DNA of 52,031 nucleotides from Pseudomonadota bacterium (GTDB lineage Bacteria; Pseudomonadota; Alphaproteobacteria; Kiloniellales; J153): NCBI GenBank assembly GCA_022572685.1, contig JACZVL010000003.1, positions 1 to 52,031 of the forward strand, read 5' to 3'. Shown piece by piece: positions 45,503 to 52,031 of this stretch (position 1 is its first letter; each line of letters starts with the position of its first letter). The notes under the pieces were generated by a model. It saw only the letters and a program-made list of their open reading frames with translations, ran no database searches and was not told where the DNA came from. The position numbers and the translations under genes were made by a program.

Positions 45503-46720
45503 ATGACGGACGTAACCGTGCTGAACAAGAAAGAGGAATTCGGCAGAAGCACCCAGGAGGTGCTTCTGAACCTGGGGCCCCAGCACCCGAGCACTCACGG
45601 GGTCCTGAGGCTCATCCTCGAAATGGAAGGTGAAATCGTCACCCGGGTGGATCCCTTCATCGGCTATCTGCACCGGGGGACGGAGAAGCTGGCCGAGAAC
45701 TTCACCTACACCCAGATCTTCCCCCTCACCGACCGGCTGGATTATCTCTGCCCGCCGTCGAACAACCTGGCCTTTGCGCTCGCGGTGGAAAAGCTTCTTG
45801 GCATCGAAGCGCCGGAGCGGGCCCAGTACATCCGTGTGCTGACGGTGGAGCTGGCGCGCATCTCCGGCCATCTTCTGATCGTCGGCGCCCTGCCCATGGA
45901 CCTGGGCGCCATGACCACGCTGCTCTATACCATGCGCGAGCGGGAGATGGTCATGGACCTGATGGAGATGATTTGCGGGGCCCGGATGCACACATCCTAT
46001 TGCCGGGTCGGCGGGGTGCGCGAGGACCTGCCCGAGGGGTTCACGGAACGGGTCAGCGAATTCTGCCGGATCCTGCCCAAGCGATTCGCCGACTACGAGC
46101 GGCTCATCGCCCGGAACCGGATATTCCTCAGTCGAACCAAGGGGGTCGGGGTGATCAGCGCCGAGGACGCGATCGACCTGGGGCTGAGCGGCCCCAACCT
46201 GCGGGCCTCGGGGGTCGACTGGGACATGCGGCGGGACAATCCCTATGAAATCTACGACCGCCTGGATTTCAACGTGATCGTCCGCGAAAACGGCGACTGC
46301 TACGACCGCTGGATCTGCCGGATCGACGAGATGCGGGAAAGCGTGCGGATCATCGAACAATGCGTGGACGCCATGCCCGGTGGGCGTTTCATGATCGATA
46401 TGCCCACCGTGGCCTTCCCGGTGGACAAGAACGTGCTTCGGTGCTCGATGGAGACCCACATCCAACATTTCGAGCTGTCCGCCTTCGGCTTCAAGGTGCC
46501 CGCGGGTGAGGTCTACGTGAGCATCGAAGCCCCGAAGGGTGAGTTGGGCTTCTACATTATCAGCGATGGCAGCGAGAAACCCTGCCGGATGAAAGTGAGA
46601 GCCCCGTCGTTCGTCAACCTCCAGGCGCTGCTGGGGCGCGCGACCAATATGAACTATCTCGCCGACGTGATCGCGATGCTGGGAAGCCTGGATCCTGTCA
46701 TTGCCGAGGTCGACAAATGA
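45503..46720 (+). CDS. nuoD: NADH-quinone oxidoreductase subunit D
   Basis: NLGPQHPSTHGVLRL, GYLHRG.EK, DRLDY, EAPKGE, EVDK; no NiFe CxxC motifs. Confidence 0.95.
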   Translation: MTDVTVLNKKEEFGRSTQEVLLNLGPQHPSTHGVLRLILEMEGEIVTRVDPFIGYLHRGTEKLAENFTYTQIFPLTDRLDYLCPPSNNLAFALAVEKLLGIEAPERAQYIRVLTVELARISGHLLIVGALPMDLGAMTTLLYTMREREMVMDLMEMICGARMHTSYCRVGGVREDLPEGFTERVSEFCRILPKRFADYERLIARNRIFLSRTKGVGVISAEDAIDLGLSGPNLRASGVDWDMRRDNPYEIYDRLDFNVIVRENGDCYDRWICRIDEMRESVRIIEQCVDAMPGGRFMIDMPTVAFPVDKNVLRCSMETHIQHFELSAFGFKVPAGEVYVSIEAPKGELGFYIISDGSEKPCRMKVRAPSFVNLQALLGRATNMNYLADVIAMLGSLDPVIAEVDK

Positions 46721-46743
46721 CCACCGCTTCGGGGACATAAATC

Positions 46744-47220
46744 ATGGCAACGGGCCTGAGGGACAAGATCGAGGAGGTCGCCGGGCGATACCCGAATCGG
46801 CGCTCGGCGATCATGCCGGCTCTCTATCTCGCCCAGGCGGAACACGCCCAGCTCTCCGGGGAGGTGTTGCTGGAGGTCGCGGACATTCTCGACGTGCCCG
46901 AAATCTGGGTTTACGAACTCGCGACCTTCTACGACATGTTTCATACCGAGCCCGTCGGAACGTTCCACATCCAGGTTTGTACAAACATCTCCTGCCTCCT
47001 CCTGGAGGCGGAGGGCATCGTTGCCCATTTGGAAAGCAGGCTGGGGATCGAACGCGGCGATACGACCCCCGACGGGCTGTTCACGCTGTCCACCGCGGAG
47101 TGCTTGGGCTCCTGCGACACGGCGCCAGTCATGCAGGTGAATTACGCCTTTCACGAAAACCTGAGCGAGCGGCGGATTGACGAAATCCTCGAGAATTTGA
47201 GGGGTGCGGTCGGGGAATAA
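46744..47220 (+). CDS. nuoE: NADH-quinone oxidoreductase subunit E
   Basis: ATFY.MF, VCTNISC, ECLGSC..AP. Confidence 0.93.
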   Translation: MATGLRDKIEEVAGRYPNRRSAIMPALYLAQAEHAQLSGEVLLEVADILDVPEIWVYELATFYDMFHTEPVGTFHIQVCTNISCLLLEAEGIVAHLESRLGIERGDTTPDGLFTLSTAECLGSCDTAPVMQVNYAFHENLSERRIDEILENLRGAVGE

Positions 47221-47252
47221 CCGCGGCTGCGGACCAGCGATGGTGTACCGGC

Positions 47253-48518
47253 ATGTTCGACAAGGTCTTGTTGAAGAACGCGGAAATCCCGAACGCCCAT
47301 GGAATCGGGGCCTATGAGGCCGCGGGCGGATACCGGGCGTTGGCCACCGTGTTGCATGAGTACAGCCCCGACGAGCTGATTCAACTGGTCAAGGATTCCA
47401 ACCTGCGGGGTCGCGGAGGCGCCGGTTTTCCGACCGGTGTCAAGTGGGGCTTCGTGCCGAAGGACCCGGCATTGGAGAAGTATCTCTGCTGCAACGCCGA
47501 CGAGAGCGAGCCGGGCACCTTCAAGGACCGGGTGATCATGGAAAAGGATCCCCACCAGATGATCGAAGGCATGGTGATCGGCGCCTATGCCATCGGCGCG
47601 CAAAAGGCTTACATTTACATCCGGGGCGAATACGTCCTGAGCATCGAAAGGACCGAGGCGGCCCTAAAGGAGGCCTATCGGAAGGGATACCTGGGCGAGC
47701 GTATTCTGGGCACGGATTTCAATCTCGAAATGTTCGTGCATTGTGGGGCGGGCGCCTACATCTGCGGCGAGGAGACGGCGCTGCTCGAATCCGTCGAGGG
47801 ACGCCGGGCACAGCCCAAGTTGAAGCCGCCATTCCCCGTGGTCGAAGGGCTGTATGGCTGTCCGACCGTCATCAACAACGTCGAAACCCTGGCCTGCCTG
47901 CCCCACATCGTCCAGCGCGGCGCAGAATGGTTCCGCGGTATCGGACCCGAGCGAAGCCCCGGGCCCAAGCTCTACTGCCTGAGCGGCCACGTGCGAAAAC
48001 CCGGGCTGTACGAGCTGCCCATGGGCATATCGCTCAGGGAGCTCGTCGAGGACCATGGCGGAGGACCGCGCTCCGGCGGCAGGATCAAGGCGGTCATCCC
48101 TGGCGGCGTCTCGGCGCCGATGATCCCGGAAAGCGGGCTCGACGTCGCCATGGACTTCGACTCGCTCGCCGCCATCGACACCATGCTGGGATCGGCCGGG
48201 GTGATCGTATTGGACGAGACGGCCTGCGTGGTGCGGGTCGCCAAACGGATCACCGAGTTCTTCAATCACGAATCCTGCGGCAAATGCACCCCCTGCAGGG
48301 AAGGGTTGGACTGGGCGGTCAAAATCCTGCGCCGCCTGGAAGACGGTCGGGGAAAACATGAGGACTTGGACCAGCTCGAACGCCTGTGCGGCAGCATCTT
48401 CGGCAACTCGTTCTGCGCCCTGGGCGATGGCGCGGCCTGGGCGCTGAGCGCGGCGCTCAAGCATTTCCGGGACGAGTTCGTTCGTCACATCGAAGACGGG
48501 CGGTGTCCGTTCCACTGA
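47253..48518 (+). CDS. nuoF: NADH-quinone oxidoreductase subunit F
   Basis: LRGRGGAGFPTG.KW, NADESEPGTFKDR, GAYICGEETAL, ESCGKCTPCREG, FCALG. Confidence 0.96.
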   Translation: MFDKVLLKNAEIPNAHGIGAYEAAGGYRALATVLHEYSPDELIQLVKDSNLRGRGGAGFPTGVKWGFVPKDPALEKYLCCNADESEPGTFKDRVIMEKDPHQMIEGMVIGAYAIGAQKAYIYIRGEYVLSIERTEAALKEAYRKGYLGERILGTDFNLEMFVHCGAGAYICGEETALLESVEGRRAQPKLKPPFPVVEGLYGCPTVINNVETLACLPHIVQRGAEWFRGIGPERSPGPKLYCLSGHVRKPGLYELPMGISLRELVEDHGGGPRSGGRIKAVIPGGVSAPMIPESGLDVAMDFDSLAAIDTMLGSAGVIVLDETACVVRVAKRITEFFNHESCGKCTPCREGLDWAVKILRRLEDGRGKHEDLDQLERLCGSIFGNSFCALGDGAAWALSAALKHFRDEFVRHIEDGRCPFH

Positions 48519-48551
48519 CGGCGGGCCGAAACACAGGAGCGCGGAATCGCC

Positions 48552-51137
48552 ATGGCCATCCTTACCATCGACGGGAATGAACTCGAGGTCGCCGACGGCA
48601 CCTTGATCCTCGTGGCGGCGCAGGATCAGGGCATTTCGATTCCCACCTTTTGTTATCAGGAACGGCTGACGCCATTGGCGTCGTGCCGGATGTGCCTGAT
48701 CGAGATCGAGGGCCAAAAAAAGCTGCAACCCGCCTGCGCCACGCCGGTGGCGGACGGCATGACGGTGAGGACGGACACGTCCCTGGTCGCGCAGACCCGG
48801 GAATCCATGCTCGAAATGCTGCTGGCCAACCATCCCCTCGATTGCCCGATCTGCGACAAGGCGGGGGAATGCGAACTCCAGGACCAGGTCTTCGCCTACG
48901 GAGCGGGGGAGAGCCGATTTCGCGATGAGAAGCGGGTGTTCCGAACCGAGGACGTCCTGCTGAACCCGGTCATCGTCTTCAATGCCAACCGCTGTATCCA
49001 GTGTCAGCGTTGCGTCAGGATATGCGATGAGGTGGTGGGGGCCGTGGCGCTCGGGACCATCGAGAAGGGCATGGATACCGAGGTGACCGGCTTCGAGAAT
49101 AGCCTTGCCGGTTGCGACCACTGTGGGAACTGCATCGAGGTATGCCCGGTCGGAGCGCTGATGAGCGCTCCCTACCGCTACAAGGCGAGACCCTGGGACC
49201 TCACCGAGACCGACACCGTTTGCCACTATTGCGGTACCGGTTGTCAGCTCACGGTCGGAATGCGCGACGGCCATCTCGCCAGGGTGCGCTCCAAATACGA
49301 GACCGGGGTGAACGGGGAAACCCTTTGCGTGAAGGGAAGGTTCGGCTTCGACATCATCGACAGTAAACATCGAATCAGGCAGCCGATGGTTCGAAGGAAC
49401 GGGAACCTCGTCGCCGTGTCCTGGGAGGACGCGGTCGGATACCTCGTCGAGCGGGTCAGGGGTGCCGTCGAAGAGGGCGGCGCCCGGATCGGCGGACTTG
49501 CCTCGCCGCGGCTGAGCAACGAGACCCTCTACCTGTTCCAAAAGCTGATGCGGTCGGTCTTTCGGACCAACAGCATCGACTCCTCGAGCCGCTGGGCGTC
49601 GTCGGGCCCGGCCGCGCCCGGCCTCTACGAGGCTCTGCCTGCGATGTTCGACGGGCTCTACGCCAGACGCCCCCTCCAGGACGTCCTCGAAGCCGACTGC
49701 ATCCTCGTCGTCGGCTCCAACGTGACCGATGACAACCCGGTGACCGATTACCTGGTGCGGGGCGCCGTGCGGAAGCGGCGGAACAAGCTGTTCATCGTCT
49801 CGGCACGACCCTCCAGGCTCGACGCCGAGGGCGCCGGGTTCTTGCGCCTGCTCCCCGGCGGGGAAGCCGGCCTGTTCGCGGCGCTCTTGGACGGGCTGGT
49901 CGAGGACGCCGCGACGGAAAAATCGTTGCCGACAGCCTGTCCCGACGGCGATGCCCAGGAGACAGATCGTACGGAGACGGCGGTTCCCGCGACGCCGGCA
50001 TGGCAGGAATTCCTGGCCGGCGCGATCCCCGCCCTCGCGGCCGCGCGGACGGTTACCGTGCTGATCGGCACCGACCTGCTGCGCGCCCAGGAGGCGGCGG
50101 CGGCCTTGAGGTGGCTGCGCAAACTTGGCCGGGTCCTGGAGACCCTGGGAAAACGGGTCGGCGTGCAGTTTCTCTTCGATCGGCCCAACCAGATGGGCGC
50201 CTGGGAGCTGGGCGGGCTTCCCAACATGCTTCCGGGCTGGCGGCCCGTCGATGATGGCCAGAGCCGTGCTGTCTTCGAGCAAGCGTGGGGAACGTCTCTC
50301 CCCTCCGAACCGGGCGCGGACTTCGGGCGGATGCTGGCCCAGTGCGAGGCGGGGGAGATGGAGGTGCTCTACGTCCTGGGCAGCGATCCCATTTTATCTT
50401 ATCCGGACGGCGCGCTGGTGGAGAGCGCCCTTTCGAAAGTTGGTCTCCTCGTCGTCCAGGACGCCTACCTTTCCGAAACCGCTGGCCTGGCCGACGTGGT
50501 TCTTCCCGCCGCCAATTTCGTCGAGGAACCGGGCACCTTCACCAACAACGAGGGCAAGGTGCAAAGGGGGCGCGAGATTCGACCGCCGGCCTTCGAGGCC
50601 ATGCGCAACGTGGAAATTTTCGGTTCCATTGCTTCAGCCCTGGGCCGCGACCTGGGCCCCACCGCGGCGGAGCAAGTCTTTGCGGAAATCACGCGGTTGG
50701 TTCCGTCCTATCGGGGGCTCGGATTCGAGGCATTCGACGGCGCCGGCGCGTTTACGGTGCCGACAGAGAACGCCGCGCAAGATGATCCGGACGATCCGCC
50801 CGTCCCGACCCCGAGAGAATCCAGGGGATTCGCGTTGGTCACCGGTGATTGCATGTTCCATTCCGGGTACCTTTCCCGGCATTCCGCCATCCTGGAAACG
50901 CTTTCGGCCGAGCCCTACGTGGAAATGAGCCCGCGCGACGGCCGCCAGCTAGGTCTTTCGGAGCAGGCTTCCGTTATCGTCAGGTCCCGTCACGGTGAAG
51001 CGAGGGCGCGGCTCAGGTTCAACAAGCGCTTCCCCGACGGGGTCGTGTTCGTCCCGGAAAACTTCGCGGACCTGCGCCTGAACCGCCTGCTGAAACAGGG
51101 AGAATACCCTTGCCAGGTGGAGATTCTGAAGGCATAG
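48552..51137 (+). CDS. nuoG: NADH-quinone oxidoreductase subunit G (long type, extra Fe-S motifs)
   Basis: IPTFCY...SCRMC...PAC, HPLDCPICDKAGEC.LQD, CIQCQRC, CPVGAL, CHYCGTGC...LCVKGRF. Confidence 0.92.
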   Translation: MAILTIDGNELEVADGTLILVAAQDQGISIPTFCYQERLTPLASCRMCLIEIEGQKKLQPACATPVADGMTVRTDTSLVAQTRESMLEMLLANHPLDCPICDKAGECELQDQVFAYGAGESRFRDEKRVFRTEDVLLNPVIVFNANRCIQCQRCVRICDEVVGAVALGTIEKGMDTEVTGFENSLAGCDHCGNCIEVCPVGALMSAPYRYKARPWDLTETDTVCHYCGTGCQLTVGMRDGHLARVRSKYETGVNGETLCVKGRFGFDIIDSKHRIRQPMVRRNGNLVAVSWEDAVGYLVERVRGAVEEGGARIGGLASPRLSNETLYLFQKLMRSVFRTNSIDSSSRWASSGPAAPGLYEALPAMFDGLYARRPLQDVLEADCILVVGSNVTDDNPVTDYLVRGAVRKRRNKLFIVSARPSRLDAEGAGFLRLLPGGEAGLFAALLDGLVEDAATEKSLPTACPDGDAQETDRTETAVPATPAWQEFLAGAIPALAAARTVTVLIGTDLLRAQEAAAALRWLRKLGRVLETLGKRVGVQFLFDRPNQMGAWELGGLPNMLPGWRPVDDGQSRAVFEQAWGTSLPSEPGADFGRMLAQCEAGEMEVLYVLGSDPILSYPDGALVESALSKVGLLVVQDAYLSETAGLADVVLPAANFVEEPGTFTNNEGKVQRGREIRPPAFEAMRNVEIFGSIASALGRDLGPTAAEQVFAEITRLVPSYRGLGFEAFDGAGAFTVPTENAAQDDPDDPPVPTPRESRGFALVTGDCMFHSGYLSRHSAILETLSAEPYVEMSPRDGRQLGLSEQASVIVRSRHGEARARLRFNKRFPDGVVFVPENFADLRLNRLLKQGEYPCQVEILKA

Positions 51138-51212
51138 GGCGACGCCCGGGGCATCGGGCTCTCCATCGGTGGTTGACTGCGACGATGGCGCCATACCCTC
51201 GCCGCCCCATGG

Positions 51213-51379
51213 GTAAGCGTCCATTTCTCGCACGTCGGTCAAGTTTCGACGTTTGAGGCTATCCGGTTCCAAGGCCGGAGATCGTCGACACGGTTGGTGG
51301 GATGGCCGTGCGTCATGCGCTCGAGCACGTCTTTCAGGTAGGCGTAGGGCTCGATCCCGTTGAGCTTTGCCGTGGCGAG
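51213..51379 (-). mobile_element. IS66-family remnant (right end + TnpC C-terminus)
   Basis: Minus strand encodes LATAKLNGIEPYAYLKDVLERM...HPTNRVDDLRPWN ending at stop 51239-51241; terminal GTAAGCGTCC at 51213. Confidence 0.85.
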
Positions 51380-51580
51380 AGCGGTTCCGGTTTATTCTGT
51401 ATCCAATGTCGTAATGAATTTGAGGTGATTTTTATTCGAATTATGTTGATATTCGGGTGGCAACCGGGGCTGCCGGAGAATTTGTCGGCTGCGCGCCTTC
51501 CCCGGGGGCCGCTTTGTGCTAATCTTCCCGGCCGAGGCGGCATCGGATCGCGAGTCTCATGAAGCGGGAGGGCGAACTCC

Positions 51581-52031
51581 ATGGCCAAGGGTCAGGCGGC
51601 GCGGCACCAGGCGGATTTCTCGGTCTCTCATCTGAGGGACGCGGTGTTCGAGAGCGAAGGTCTGCGCGCCTTCTTCGAGTACCGCGACCTCGGCATCAAG
51701 GCGGCGACCGGCGGCCGGGTCGGCGCCCACGTGATTCGGGCCAAGCCGGGCGCCGGTCACGGCGGCACCGGCTGGCACCGGCACGGCCTCGACGTGCAAC
51801 TGGTCTACGTTCTCAAGGGCTGGGTCCGGTTCGACTACGACGGGGTCGGCGAGGTCCTGCTCGAGGCCGGCGCCTGCGTGCACCAGCCCCCGGGCATCCG
51901 CCACGTCGAGATCGCCCACTCCGACGACGTCGAGATCCTCGAGATCACCCTGCCCGCCGAATTCGAGACCGAAGCGGTAGCGGCCCCCGAGGCCCCCGAG
52001 GCGGTGGCGGTCGGAGCGGCCGGGGAATACG
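51581..52031 (+). CDS. Cupin-domain protein, 3'-truncated by window
   Basis: RBS GGGAGG; GLR.FFEYRDLGI..AT.G, WHRH..D.Q.VYVLKG, HQPPGIRH.E; not in the ORF track because it has no stop in the window. Confidence 0.88.
   Translation, partial: MAKGQAARHQADFSVSHLRDAVFESEGLRAFFEYRDLGIKAATGGRVGAHVIRAKPGAGHGGTGWHRHGLDVQLVYVLKGWVRFDYDGVGEVLLEAGACVHQPPGIRHVEIAHSDDVEILEITLPAEFETEAVAAPEAPEAVAVGAAGEY

Noticed and set aside
45503-46720. Group 4 NiFe hydrogenase large subunit, suggested by the Mrp/Hyf-like neighbours
   Set aside because: No CxxC Ni ligands; quinone-site H and Y residues of NuoD are present
40679-50282. Long minus-strand ORFs (877, 601 and 872 aa)
   Set aside because: Antisense to well-supported nuo genes; no recognisable domains
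48552-51137. Formate dehydrogenase alpha subunit interpretation
   Set aside because: The Mo/W-ligand Cys/Sec-His position is absent (IDSSSRWASS) and the gene lies in nuoEFG context
51140-51580. attR copy of the tRNA-Ser 3' end
   Set aside because: No convincing repeat of TTCGAATCCCACCCCATCCGCCA was seen

Overview
GC-rich alphaproteobacterial chromosome segment (taxonomy inferred from gene order and CtrA-like boxes). 1-11.2 kb: amine/hydroxy-acid catabolism and transport genes (hydroxyacid-oxoacid transhydrogenase, class III aminotransferase, Liv-type ABC transporter, TauE exporter, 3-hydroxyacid dehydrogenase). 11.3-26.5 kb: core genes (mazG, MBL hydrolase, tatD, metG, holB, tmk, dac, rlpA, lytic transglycosylase). 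These are interrupted by a 10-Cys aromatic orphan ORF, an FtsZ fused to SEL1 repeats, an orphan FixJ-type regulator and an AAA ATPase. 27-32.8 kb: a type I secretion locus. Its RTX cargo carries what looks like an integrin-beta hybrid + beta-I domain, and its ABC and MFP genes lie in one reading frame. After tRNA-Ser(TGA), an apparent island bounded by IS6 and an IS66 remnant encodes a permuted complex I (nuoHIJK-mrpD-like-orf-mrpD/nuoL-like-nuoMN // nuoABCDEFG). It has four antiporter-like subunits and a NuoG with extra Fe-S ligands. A cupin gene runs off the right end. All calls come from motif recognition by eye; no searches were run.
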